A DNA stretch of 46,888 bases, taken from contig CAJNYD010000306.1 of assembly GCA_905331295.1 (NCBI GenBank), positions 1-46,888 on the forward strand. Reading direction: 5' to 3'. A program made the translations under genes and the position numbers. Numbering within the stretch: the stretch's first letter is position 1; every line of letters starts with the position of its first letter. The DNA comes from Rotaria socialis. Its lineage: Eukaryota. Positions 1 to 12,852 of this stretch are shown here, piece after piece. The notes beneath the pieces were generated by a model. That model saw nothing but the letters and a program-made list of their open reading frames with translations, was not told the DNA's origin and did no database searches.

Positions 1-548
1 ATCAACCATCAACCGACGATGAAACTATCCCTTGAGATGCTAAGGTAGATAAGCCGATATTTGTCAGTAGAATAAAAAAAAACTGTTAATGAAGAGGCAT
101 AGAATCGAGCGTTCACGTACAGTACTAAACCCTTTTTATTAAGATGTAGATGAATCAACTGTTGAACGTGGAATACTAAACCCTTAGCAGGAAATAGTAG
201 CAGAATCTACACTTAGGCGTAGAATAATGAACTGTTTCTGAGAAAGGGTAACTTACTCTACCCAGAAAGGCAGAGTGTTGTATTCTTTTAACGAAAAAGT
301 AAAATGGTAAACCCGATAACGAAGAATAAGATATCCCTACCTTGAAAGCGAACAACAATCTACTATCATCCGTTGAAGGATATACTCTTATATTTGTTAG
401 TGATGTTTTCTTTCTTGTGACATGTTATTTTCTTCTTCCTCGCTACATTCGTTCTTGATATAATTGGACAATGTTTTTGTCTTTAATCTTTTTGTTGTAT
501 GTTCTGCCAAGGTCAATCACAAGACGAATAATGATCTGACTATTTTTG

Positions 549-627
549 TTGCGTAATTTTCTATTACGCAATATTATTTCTTTTGCGTGATTTTCTATTA
601 CGCAATATTATTTCTTTTGCGTGATTT
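549..627. repeat. 34-bp tandem repeat (about 2.3 copies) with an internal inverted repeat
   Basis: TTGCGT(A/G)ATTTTCTATTACGCAATATTATTTCTT at 549 and 583, partial at 617. TTGCGTAAT and ATTACGCAA are complementary. Lies upstream of gag, possibly within a 5' LTR. Confidence 0.85.
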
Positions 628-819
628 GTTCTGGTTGTTATTTCAAAACGTGAAATAAAAACATATATAGAAAGTCGTTCTTATATATACAAGAGCAAGT
701 CTGCATTGGCACCGAGAGCTTTTCCTTCTTTAATTCAATTGTTGAACTTTTTCAACACAAGACAATTCTTTTCTGCTTACTCGTTCAATTCATTCATAAA
801 TTATATTCGTGATATATAA

Positions 820-3436
820 TTGTATATGGCTAAGTCAATGTCCACATCCACATTTCAATCACCAGCAATTTCTTCAATTCCGGCACTTCATGCTTTTGAT
901 TATCATAGTAGTACTTGGCAATCTTATCGGGATCGTATTAACTTTTATTTCAAAGCAAATCGCATTGAAACCGATGAAGATAAAAAAAGCCTTGTTTCTA
1001 TGGTCTGTTGGTGATACAACTTATAATTTATTAGAGTCATTGATTTCTCCACGATCATTAACCGATGATGATACTAAATTCATCGATGTAATTAAACTAT
1101 TAGATGTGCATTATGATGCAAAAAGAAATATAATGACTTCTACGTATGATTTCTATTCTTGTTATCAAAAATCCGGTCAACCATTCGCTGAATGGAAAGC
1201 GAAATTATGCGAAAAGCTTCGTCATTGTGCTTTTACCACATCAGCTTTACATCGTAGACCGCAAGACCGTGCACTTCGTGATATGTATGTGATCGGAACT
1301 AATAGCAATAAAGTTCCACACGCATTACTTAAGGAACAAGATCCTGATTTAGAAATAACTGAAAAAATAATCTAATTAGCTGAACGTTTGGAAGAAGATG
1401 TTCGTCATTTTGCTGCTCCGAATAATCATAATGACTATTCAGTGGCCAAGCTGCACAACCATCAGCGACGCCAAAAACAACCAGACCATCATTGATTTAA
1501 AAAAAAGATAATTATAAAGCATGTGAAACATGCGGATCAAATAAACATCTTCGATCAAAATGCAAATATCGTGAGTTTATTGGTAATTTTTGTAAACGAT
1601 CTGGTCATTTAGAACGAGTATGCAGACAAAGAAATGAACACCAAAATTCAACTAAACACATAACTACAATTTTGAAATTGAATAATCTTGATCGAATTGA
1701 ACAGCTTAATAATTATTCATGTACTGTTCCACTGAAAGTCAATGATCATGATATTGATTTTCAATTAGATACTGGAACATTTAATACAATTATTATTATC
1801 AACGATTGGTATAAAACTGGATCACCTACTATTCATCCATCTCAATTACAATTGAAATGTTATAGTGGAACACGTATTAAAATTAAAGGTGAATGTTATG
1901 TTACAGTTCAATATCAAAACAAAAATTTTCAATTATTAATGATACTTGTTAATGGCAAAAGTGAACCACTTATTGGTCTTAAATGGATTAACATATTACA
2001 ATTGGACTTAAACAGTCTTATCCATACACGAATTCCTATTGAATATCACATTAACAAGGTATATGATGTTTCAAAACTTCAATTAACATCAGGGTTGCCA
2101 GGTGTTCAGGTCCCAAATGGGGTGCACTGATTTCTAAATGGGGTACATGTCGGGTACAACTCAGTGGTAAATGGGGTACATTCGTGAGGTACGCAGTTTA
2201 CATCTTTCATACTGGTCATCGGCGACGGAAATCAATTTCAAAACTACTTTCAATCTGGAATAGTACTATTCAATCTGATTTTCAATTCAGCAGCTATCGT
2301 TTCATTCGCCATCAAATTGCGACTGGCAGCCCATGCGCTTTTCATATGACTAAAAACGCCTTCAACAGATGCATTCGAGCAAGGAATTGAGTACACATAA
2401 GAAATAATTTTGTACATTTCACTACACATTGGTTTCGACTTTACAAGAAGAAAAGTCCAAAATTGATTAGACCAAAATTTCACTTCTCTTTCATGATTTT
2501 CGATCGTCGATTTGTGAATGAGATTATCTTCATCATGAGACTCGTTGCATATGTCATTGTTGAATTCTTCATAAGCATGACCATTAGCAGCCAACCAATA
2601 TAATTGACGCTTCACATCTATATCAATAGTAAATGTCGGATAAAGAGACAGAAATTTTCTTAGTTTCAACCAAAATATGGATGATAGTAGTCGTAATATT
2701 GAAAAATGCAGATGGGGTACAAAATGCGTACCTCAGAGGTACAATTTGTTTTGAGGTACAAAAGGCTCAAATGGGGTACTGTACCTCCAAATGGGGTACG
2801 GCTGGCAACCCTGATTAACAATCAAAAATTATGAAAATATGTTAAATAATAAACTTGGATATTGTACTAAAGTTCAAGCTCATATTCAACTTAAACCTGA
2901 TGCTATACGAAAATTTTCCAAAACCACGACCAATACCATTTGCATATCTTACAGGTATTAAAGAAGAAATTGGAACGTAATGTTAATGCTGGTATTTTAG
3001 AACGTATTGATACTTAGCCTGGGGCAGCACCAATAGTTCCAATTAAAAAACCAAATGGTAAAATTCGAATTTATGGTGATTTCAAAGTTACAGTTAATTC
3101 TCAAATATTAGTTGATCAACATCCAATTCCATCAATTGATGAACTGCTGTCTCGACTTAATAATGGTGAAAAATTTACAAAATTCGATTTATCACATGCT
3201 TATCTTCAAATAGAATTAGACGAACAAAGTAAAAGTCTAGTTGTTATTAATACACCATTGGGTTTATTTCGATACAATCGTATGCCATTCGATATTTCAA
3301 ATGCACCTGCAATTTTTCAAAAAATTATTAATCAAGTAATTGTTGGTATTTCTAATTCAATTGCGTATCTTGGCGATATATTAATCACTGGTAAAAATGA
3401 AGAAGAACATTTGCAAACGCTTGAAATGGTTCTTAA
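820..3436 (+). mobile_element. Degenerate Ty3/Gypsy LTR retrotransposon (gag, protease, RT; 3' truncated)
   Basis: Gag start (..FDYHSSTWQSYRDRINFYFKANRI..) with a frameshift in the A-run near 985 and a stop at 1373. Two CCHC knuckles at about 1522-1625 (CETCGSNKHLRSKC; FCKRSGHLERVC, degenerate). Aspartic protease LDTG. RT motifs WAAPIVPIKKPNGKIRIYGDFK, DLSHAYLQ, RMPFDISNAPAIFQ and YLGD (decayed YLDD). No RNase H or integrase; coding similarity ends near 3436. Confidence 0.93.
2090..2813 (-). mobile_element. Internally deleted hAT DNA transposon inserted in Gypsy pol
   Basis: 12-bp TIRs CAGGGTTGCCAG (2090) and CTGGCAACCCTG (ends 2813). 8-bp TSD ATTAACAT/ATTAACAA. Subterminal AAATGGGGTAC repeats. 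Minus ORF 2250..2669 encodes a hAT C-terminal dimerisation motif (SIPCSNASVEGVFSHMKSAW..RN). Removing the element restores pol KLQLT|IKNYE. Confidence 0.93.
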
Positions 3437-4580
3437 GAGAGGGTCCACGGAACCACTTAGTAACTTTGATAGGAGTCGGCCGCCGGTAAAATTTTGATTT
3501 TCGGTTTAACTATCTAAAATGGAAGGTCTATTCAAACCATAAGTGAATCCAATATATTAGATCTTTCTGATGTGCCGGAGAAAAATGCCAGCGTTTGCAA
3601 GTTATGCACCATTTATATTTGGTCAAAAAGTGAAGTTTTTAGGGTGTCAGTAGTATTTTATACTTTCCTCCGCGTTCGCTCATTCGTTTGACTTCGGAAA
3701 TGTCTCAAAAGATAGAGAAATGTTTTCTCTACAAAACGCAGCGATTGATCTATTCATCCAACACCACATATCAGCAGATATTACCAATATATAGACAAAA
3801 ATTTCGATTGGTTAAAATGAGGATTTCTCAATATTTTGACAATACCCATAATGGATCATGTCATCCCAAATTAGTTTGCATATTTTCTGAAAGTCCTTGA
3901 AATTCTGCATCTCCTATGGTATTGCTTACTTAGATAAAAGTTGAGAGAAAATAGTTAGACTGCACGACAAATGTTGAGATTGAACACTTTTCTCTGTTCA
4001 ACCGGATGCAAGATCAGTTGAGTAAATTCTGTATGATTGTTCAAATCCAAGATATGATTTCAGATTCGTGATCAGCACGAAAAGTTGATGACAAAAATAT
4101 CATTAGATTAATTACAAAGTAATCTAAGCTAAAAAAAACACCTACAACACAGCAATAATTTGAAGAATGTTTTGGAATAATTTCTGGTATGTCTATTTAA
4201 TCATCAAGTTAGAGACCTAGAAGTAAGAATTTTGCTTTATTTAGATTCACTGAACACTTAGCTTGAAAATCTGCAATGAACCTTTCTCGGATTTTATTTT
4301 ATTGTTGAGCTAATTAAACTTATCTCGATGTTGTCGAAAATTCATATAAATCCGTTAAAATTGCTATTATTTATGGGCGCCTCTATCGTCACCGGTTATC
4401 CTGATAACAAAACGATTTACATCTTTAGAATCAGCGTATGAAACTACGTATAATCGAGTAGTTTTAGAAAAAAATTATTTTTCAAAAAACGACCCTGGGG
4501 GTAGATACAGGCAAGATTTTCGAAAAAAAAGCCTTGAGGCGGATCTCAGGGGCGCTTATTGAAGAAATGTGACACCCCTA
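3437..4580. mobile_element. Probable non-coding repeat/MITE patchwork truncating the Gypsy RT
   Basis: RT similarity is lost abruptly after TTAA near 3433-3436. The segment ends in TGACACCCCTA (4570-4580), the same terminus as the MITE at 13652-13748. No convincing matching left end found. Confidence 0.4.
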
Positions 4581-6113
4581 ATTTTCATCTTACTAATATG
4601 CCGCATCTTTTTATAATAATCCTTTTTTCCGATAATCTAATCAGAAAAGGAGGCTTTCGACTTACACATGCACATAATTCCAATAAAATGATATTAATCT
4701 TGATGTTTTTATTTAACGAGTTCTTTTAGTAAACAAAGTACGTTACTTTTTTGTTTGCGTTTATAAAGACTTATTATTGCAAATTGAATATTCCTCCTCA
4801 AAATTCACAGATTTGCCTCGCAGCCCACCCCCCCCCGCCCCATCGTTCAAGACATTCTGTAAATTTGTTTATATTCTTTTAGTGAAAGAAAATCTAAAAT
4901 CCAAATGTGATACTTTTAAGAAGTGCAACTAGTAATATACTCTGTGTCTTCTATTTACACCCGCTTCGATTTTATTATTCGCTTGAAAAGGAACAAAAAG
5001 GAAGTAGAGAGATCGTATTTACTTTATGATAAATAACCTCATGTTCCAACTTAGTCGTTTCTTTCGTATGTAGTGTTGAAGAAGGTAAAAGTATTTCAAA
5101 TGTGCTTTTATGTATTTCTAGAAAAGTATCTCACCATATCAGAGATCAACAAGAATAAAAAGCGTAGTGCTATTGACTAGGCCTTCAATTATTTTATAAA
5201 AACATCCATAAAAATTTCCCTAAGAATACTATGAAGAGTTTGAACTCATTCTCGTCCTAGAAGTAGAAATAATTAAATAATTGTACTTTTATATTTAGTT
5301 GAGAAAGTAACGGACTGGATATAATGGATAAGAATATCAATATTTTCACTTGTTTCGACTGAATTATTTTCAGCAAGATTCATCATATGATTCGTTATCT
5401 AAATAATATCATACACCGACAAATCCAACAGAACAAAATACAAAGACGTACTTATTAGAGTAATATTGGGAATATAAAATATGCATATCCAACAAAGGCT
5501 AGCTTATTTCACATGAGAAGATTTTTCCAAGATATTTTGCCTCTGTAAAATTAGTCATAATGTGTTGTCGAAAATCGATCTGTACTGTTATTTCTTAATT
5601 TCATATATTGATTGTGAGTCAAATATAGAAGTACAAATAAGAAGTAGATTTAGTCGAGTCTCTTTACAGATTCTCAAAATACCGTGTCGCGTGTACTTAT
5701 GATATTGAAAGTAAATTTATTCCGTGTACATTCCAACAATGACACGCAAAAGAAAGACGAAGTTTTTTTTTCTTTTTATTGATTTCTTATTCCATTAGTA
5801 ATCAAATCGTGCTCACACGAACAAAAGTTTTTGGTTTGTTGGAATTTTCAATCTTATTGTTTCTTTCGAAAGAAAAAGCAAGTGAGTGTGATGGAATGTG
5901 ATGGAATGTGATCGAACAAAAAAAACAACAATGTTGACGTCATGAATGATTTATTTTTGCAGAAGCTTTCTAGGAATTTTTAGGAAGTAGTTTAACTTTA
6001 TTTACGTAGGAAGTCTTTATTATATAAACAGCTATTTTGTCCATAGTTTTTATTTCAACGAACAGTAAGCAACACATTTTTTTATTACAAAAAACAATAA
6101 TTTCTACAACGAA

Positions 6114-7425
6114 ATGTCATCAAAAGCTGAACAAAATTTCCTGTAAGAAAAACAACTTATATTGATAGTATAATGATTGTATTTGTTTAAACAGACTGAA
6201 AGAACAGATTATTAATGCTAGCAGCGCAGGACTTATTGGTATTTCTTGTGTGTATCCTTTGAATTTGATGAGGTTTATGTTACAGAGTAAACCGGTTACT
6301 ATTGACAAAGAGCGTACTTACAAGAAATTGTTAGTTTCAAATACTATCTATAGTGTTCTATCAAAATGAAAACATAAAAATTGTTTTAGGTTCAATTGTG
6401 GCAGAGAGATATTTGGACGTCACGGTTTACGTGGCCTGTATAATGGTGAGTTGGCTATTAACAAGAATAGACTTTGAATATTTTCCTGATGTTTAGGGTT
6501 CACTGTCAATGCTTTTTTTATAACACCTGAAAAAACAATCAAGCTTGTTGTTAATGATTATCTTTGCGCTAAGCTTCAAACAAAGTGAGTAAGACCAGGA
6601 TCGACAGAACTCATAGAATATCTCTTATCAAAAGGGACGAGCCACTGTCACTATATCAGCGGATGCTGGCTGGAGCAGGCGCAGGAACCTGTCAATTGAT
6701 TGTAACAGTTCCAATGGAATTATTAATAATTAGAAACGTAACAACGACTGGAAGCGGTAGAATCATGTTTGAGATTAATTTCCGAGCACATTAATTGATT
6801 CGTTTTCATTTTGACATAGGCGCCGATATCGAGATAACGAGTGCTTGGCGCCATGGCATGGAAAATATTCGCCAAAAGAATTTCCTTGGTCTGTATAAAG
6901 GTGCAGTTGCTACTTGGAACCGAGATGTTTTCTTCTCTATGATCTATTTCCCGTTGTTTGCATATTTGAACAATCGCGGACGATCATTAGAGACTGATAA
7001 AGTACCATTTTATCACACGTTAATGTCTGGCATTTGTGCTGGTGCTGTATCTGCATATGTGGCAACCCCGCTAGATGGTATTCTACTACAATCAATTTAA
7101 CTTTTGATATCTAAACTCAATTTGTTTTATTAACTTTGTTACAGTGATCAAAACTCGCATTCAATCAGGCGATCCGAAATTTAAAAATGCTTACAATGGA
7201 GTAATCGATTGTGCCAAGTACGTCTGACTGATTTTGTGATTAAATTTTTTCTCTATTGTACAATCTAGAAAAATATATCTCAATGAACCTACAAAAACTT
7301 TCATGAATACTGCAGTCCTTCGAGTTACGAGTATAGCACCTATGTTTGGCATTTTGCAAATGGTATTTTATATTGGTATTGGTAAAGCTATATTGGGAGA
7401 CGGTGAATCGAAGGGTTCAGTTTGA
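6114..7425 (+). CDS. Mitochondrial carrier, glutamate carrier (SLC25A22/A18-like), divergent; 8 exons, about 305 aa
   Basis: Exons 6114-6142, 6195-6329, 6390-6445, 6497-6584, 6635-6756, 6820-7077, 7145-7217, 7269-7425 with GT-AG introns join in frame. Motifs AGLIGISCVYP, TPEKTIKL, MLAGAGAGTCQLIVTVPME, RDVFFSMIYFPLFAYLN and TPLDVIKTRIQ match glutamate carriers. Confidence 0.88.
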
Positions 7426-7651
7426 TACAAAAACGATTTTGTCTGAATAAATTGTATTTCATGTTCTTCATAATAAAGATTTATTTTATCTGAAGTGAAC
7501 CTCAATAAAGCTAATTTTTTAGACAAAAGAACAATATTTGTTACTTTCTTGATCGTGTATCATCCACCAGTACATAAGATGATGTAATAAGCAACGTATT
7601 ATGATGAAGCTCACGTCGTTTTGAGAAATTAGAATGCATTGTACGAAACGC

Positions 7652-9330
7652 TCACACCCACACCCCACACCACCAAATAAAGTCTTGATATCTAACTGGA
7701 ATATCTAATGGTGGGTCAGTGCGAAGATCAATATTTTCACAGACATATCTTGTTATATGTTTCATGATCGCTCTGGCTTGTTCGATTGAATCATTGGAAG
7801 TTGAATTTATCATCAAATTATGAGTATTCAAATTCGTCATTACAGTTGGCTCCATTTGTTGTACTGCAAAGTTTTCCTCTATGGTTCCGTTTTCAAAAGT
7901 AATCATTTGAAGACTATGCAATTGAATGATAGGATTTTCCAGTTGAATAGTTCGAGTACGCCAAACAGCTGTTGTTGAATCATGTGTATACTAAAATCAA
8001 CAAGAAACAAAATCAATTCTTATTTACCAATGGTAAAAATTGCCAACCATCATTGGCAATAAATTCAATTGCATTTAAAACATAATCAACGCCTTCATCA
8101 CTTGTAAAATAGGATAGATCCAATCGAGTGAAGCCGGACCGAATCAATTCATTTTTCGTAATTGCATCAAGTTGATCGCTAAAATTTTCATGGATCATCA
8201 TTTTTAGAAGCCATTCATTCTAACTTACTTTTCACTGGCTGCAAGAAATTTCATTATAATCTCTGGCTTTTGATCATTCAGGTTTAGTAGGCCCTATATA
8301 TTCAAAACAGTTGCAATGCCCATACAATTCTTCTTATACCTCACTTACTGAAACATAAGATGCATTATAAGAACATTCCGGTCGTACTTGAATACCAAAT
8401 CATTTAATAAGACAGAACAAAATTTTTCATAAATATTGGTACATAAATAAGAAATGAAAATAATGCCAGTCGAGGAATACTGGTTGGCCCAAGCATAATT
8501 AATTTTTCGTGATTTCGAAATTTTCTGAAGAATTTGTCAACGCATTCATTCTCAAGTGCTTCTATTATATGACAACCAACAGATTCTTTTAAATGAAAAA
8601 CTGAACCAACTCGAATTGCACCAAGAATATCCGGTGTTTCAATACCGTCTGGCGACTCAACTAAAACTTGATTTTGAAAGAATTTTTTCTTAGCAATTAA
8701 AAGACCTAAAAATTAAAAAAAAGGAATTAAAATCATTTTTTACCACTAAAGCAAATCAATGTTTTTAGATGAAATTAGCGAAGTAATTTACCTCGACTTG
8801 TGTTTCCTTCCAGGATAAAATATTTTCGTCATGATCATCTTTCAAATTTAAAACATTGATCATTTTATTCGTCGCAGCTGTTGATTCTACACAATTGATC
8901 GATTGTCTCTTTTCATACGGAACTAAAGAGTAATCATTTACCTGAGCCAGTAAAAATAGCAACATCATCATCAGTCGCATTCACATATCGTTTAATCAAT
9001 GCTCATGATCCTTCATGAAATTTCGCAGTTTGTATTGCACCAGCACTTTTTCACTATGTGTACTCGCGTAACGACAAAACAAAAGTAATTTTTTGTTCTA
9101 GAAGGAAAACTAGTCTTACTAAGGCAAGACACACTTTAGCATGTGTTACTCGATGAATAGAAGACCACGTCCAGATGTTGTATAATCAGCGTAGATAACT
9201 ATAGCAGATAAATCTTTCTATGCATCTATAATAATGAAAATAACTATTCGTACTTTTTCGAGATCCCCATGGAGTATTTACATGAATATTTTTATCAATA
9301 TCATTTGAATCACTATATTGAATTAGTTGT
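7652..9330 (-). pseudogene. Class-V aminotransferase / cysteine-desulfurase-like pseudogene
   Basis: Exonic motifs IYADYTTSGR, YASTHSE, IFTGS, TPDILGAIRVG, LLNDLGIQVR and GFTRLDLSYFTSDEGVDYVLNAIEFIANDGWQFLPL. In-frame stops (LFIE*H near 9147; EGS*AL near 9004). The central exon carrying the PLP lysine (S-x-H-K) is not found. Confidence 0.85.
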
Positions 9331-9390
9331 TTGTTTTTTATCTTAATAAAATAATTATAGCATTAGGACTGTTTTTATTTGAAAAGGATT

Positions 9391-10397
9391 TTAGAAGAAT
9401 CGACATTTGTTCACTCTACATAAAAATTTACATTGATCAAATTGATTGATGACAGGAAGAATTAGAGATGTTGTATGCACAGTGGACTGGATTGGTTGCT
9501 CGACTTGCCGATCGAAAGATTCGACATTTGACGTAATTATAATTTCATTTAAATGATTTTCTGTTTGTAGATGATCTAATGGACCAGGTAGCTCAAGTAA
9601 TGACGATACAATGGCAGACAAATTATTTTCAGCGGAATTTATTGATGAGTTTCCTTGTTCCGTCGGATTTCCATCTGTTAGTTTATATTTCAATTGACGC
9701 ATAATGGAATTATGTAATGCATGCTTGTTAGTTTCCTCTGAGCAATAAATCAAATACCGAAAAATATTTACCAATAGTAGTAAAAACTGTGGCGACAGCA
9801 AATTATTGAAAAAACTAAGGAATACAATCATTCATAGTCTTTTTATTTAAATGTCAAATTCACATACATTGATATTCCATTCGTACATACTCAGAAAATC
9901 AATTACTTTTTGTCGATCTGCCCAGTTAGCTAAAGACTACAGATGAATAGAGTTAGAATTCAAATTAGGATCTAAAATAAAATATTCCTTGAAAACATTC
10001 AATTTTCTCATCTTCGGATGCGCCCATTGTAATCTTGATTCCAATGAAACAGGCTAAGTAGTCACGATTTGAATGTATATCAGTATATGCTGTGAAAGTG
10101 ACAATGTGGGGCGATTTCCAACTGACGACGAACATAATTTGACGTCATGCATGAATATAGACATGATACAGATACTTGAAAAATATGACCAAAAGCAAAA
10201 CAGGTAGGGTACCGATAATGATTGAAAATCATGCTAGTGACGATAAACACCCAAAGGGAATACACATCTTTACTCATTTTTAGAACGCGGTCGGCTTTTT
10301 TCAAATAAAACAATGTTCTATTCAAAAATAGATTACACATGAATGCAAAAAAATGATTAATTTGATCTACCATCATGACATTCAAAGAAGTAGCCAA
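9391..10397 (-). pseudogene. Degraded upstream exons, probably the N-terminal extension of the aminotransferase pseudogene
   Basis: Same strand and directly upstream. ORFs 9391..9831 and 10080..10397 have splice-like boundaries and intervening stops. No domain confidently recognised. Confidence 0.4.
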
Positions 10398-10845
10398 AAA
10401 TCACATTATCCGTATGTTGATGTAACACTGTACTTCCAAAAATAAAACAATACTAGGGATAGATGTAAATGAGTATATGAACTATACAATTCTGTAGTTA
10501 TATGAAAATATTTTCTTAAGATTTTGGATGACGTAGCGCATGATACATTTCAAACGAGGCAAAAAGCGTTCTGCTCTCACGTCGCAAAAAAAATATATTA
10601 CTTGTTGGTATGAGTGAATTGCGCAATACTTGTGTAAGTAAGCATTCGTCTATATTGTTCTTCTTTTTCTGTTTTTTTCCTATGACTTTGCCAGCACGGT
10701 TTATTTCTAACGATGCAACGAGCTTGAAATCAATGATGCAACATCACCTTGCATCAGCTAACAACCCAGCTGCTATATTAAGCTGTGTTGCTTTATTAAA
10801 AGATCAATTATTTGTAAATTACTACTGCGAATAAGATTCTATTCC

Positions 10846-12852
10846 ATGCCAGATACCATTTCTCTCGATTCATTCGATACAAAAGATAGAGTTCTCGATG
10901 AACTCTACACTCTTGTTCGCGATGGTTTAACAGATCAACTTCTTAGTCAACTGACCAACTTATCAAATCGAACAGAATATTTGACCTCAGTGAATTGGAA
11001 TGGCCAAGAACAACTAAGTTTACTGATGGTAGCTGCTCTGCATGGACACGAAGATATAGTTCGTATTCTATTTGAACACTGCGAACCCGAATATCAAGTA
11101 GAATTCGAAGGAACAATCATCCTTGATAATCAGACAATTCTCGAAGGTGTTACTGCTCTCTATTGCGCATGTTATCGAGCGAAATTTGCCGTTGCTCGAT
11201 TATTGATCGAAACCGGCCGAGCAAATACTAATCATAGTACTTTGGATGAACCTTACCATCCTCTATTGATTCACGCTACGCGAATGAATCGTCTTGACAT
11301 CGTACAATTTCTTATCGAAAACAATTACGCTGATGTCAATAAAATAAAATCCACTACTCGTGCTTTTAATTGAAAAAGGGTGCTCATGTTGATTATTATT
11401 GTAAGAAAAACTATAAAAGTAAATTTTCTACACCATTAACATTAGCTGTTCATGATGGAAATTTGGAACTAGTTCAAATATTGTTCAATGCTGGTGCAGA
11501 TACGAACGTTAAGAGTAAATCTGATGATACTCTACTTGCTGTTGCTGTTAAATTGGAACACTGGCCAATAATTCAATTTCTATTGGAACAATCTGTAACT
11601 AACATAGATGAAGTTGAACGGGCTGTTTTATTTCTTATCGAACGTCGACCTCTTCCTATCGATATGAATAAATTGTACAAGTATTTATATTTCATTCTTC
11701 AGCAACAAGTCGTTCTTCAAAAATCGAAAGTTTGCCGACAACCATTGGCTATCTATGACTATCATCAAGAATGTCAAACATTAGAAGAACTAGAATCAAT
11801 TAAAAACGATTCAAATCGAATTTGGATCGAAGTATTACTAGTTTTAGAACGTGTACTTTTACCTCGAAAAGATCCAATATTAACAAAGGCATTGAATGGC
11901 TATAGTCATTATCTTTTAGCCAAAAATGATTTTGATAAATGTCTCGCCCTGTGGATCCATAGCTTCTATATTAGCAAACAAATGCAACGCACAATGACTC
12001 TCTATCCATTTGTTCGACTCTTTTGCAAAATGATCACTGCAGAGGCAATGATTCCAATCGATCGATTTATCGAAGTTTGCCATTTTACTTTTGATTCAAC
12101 ACGAACCACTCGTGACCAAAACACTTACAATCAATTATGTTTCGTTGTGATTACAGCAAAGGTACGTTGTTGTGATATTATCGATTTTTCTCTTATTATT
12201 CAACTAATAATATTATACTTCAGATCTTCGAACATCAACAAATAACTTGTGCAGAAAAAATAGCTCTATGCAAATGGATTAGTCAACTGTGTCGACAATG
12301 GGAAATGCCTTCCGATCGACAAACTATTGTTCATCTATGTGTCAGTGGCAGCAACTATGGATGCTCTTATAGAAATTCTTCAGATACAGAACCATATCTC
12401 AGGTATGTAGATTTAACATACTATATCGATAGAATAATTATTTGTTTTTCTTTGCTAATAGATTTCCAAATGAATCTGCACTTCAACTCGTACTTGCTTG
12501 TGGTCGTCCTTGGCTCGATTTGGATGCTGTCGAATCATCAATGCACAATACTGCTCTGCATTTATTATGTCACGTATCAGAAAATCAAACAATGATTAAA
12601 TCGCTCTTGAATGCTGGTGCTCATATCGATTGTGTGAATCGATACGGGTTCACACCATTGATGTATGCAACTGGCCAGGAAACCAAAGCTTTTCTCAAAT
12701 CCAGAGCAAGTCCAACATGTCTTAAATGTTTATGTGCTCGTATGATAGCCAATCAACGGCTGAATACCAGTTCTATTGGATCAGCAACATCAAAACTGAA
12801 CAAGTTCATTTATCGGCACGGATCTTCAGTGATTGAATCTGAACATAAATGA
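10846..12852 (+). pseudogene. FEM1-like ankyrin-repeat CRL2 substrate receptor with a frameshift near 11370
   Basis: Ankyrin repeats (LLMVAALHGHEDIV, EGVTALYC, TPLTLAVHDGNLELV), a central helical region (LLVLERVL, DKCLALW), RFPN, NTALH, and a C-terminal BC/VHL-box TCLKCLCARMI. Introns 12162-12223 and 12403-12461. The frame changes at 11370 with no GT-AG intron and part of one ankyrin repeat missing. Confidence 0.8.

Noticed and set aside
975..995. Possible programmed frameshift in gag
   Set aside because: It lies early in gag rather than at the gag-pol junction, and the element has several other lesions, so it is best read as a homopolymer indel.
5935..5942. Perfect CRE TGACGTCA (also a C/EBP palindrome at 10618-10627)
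   Set aside because: Single short motifs can occur by chance; no support beyond their position near gene starts.
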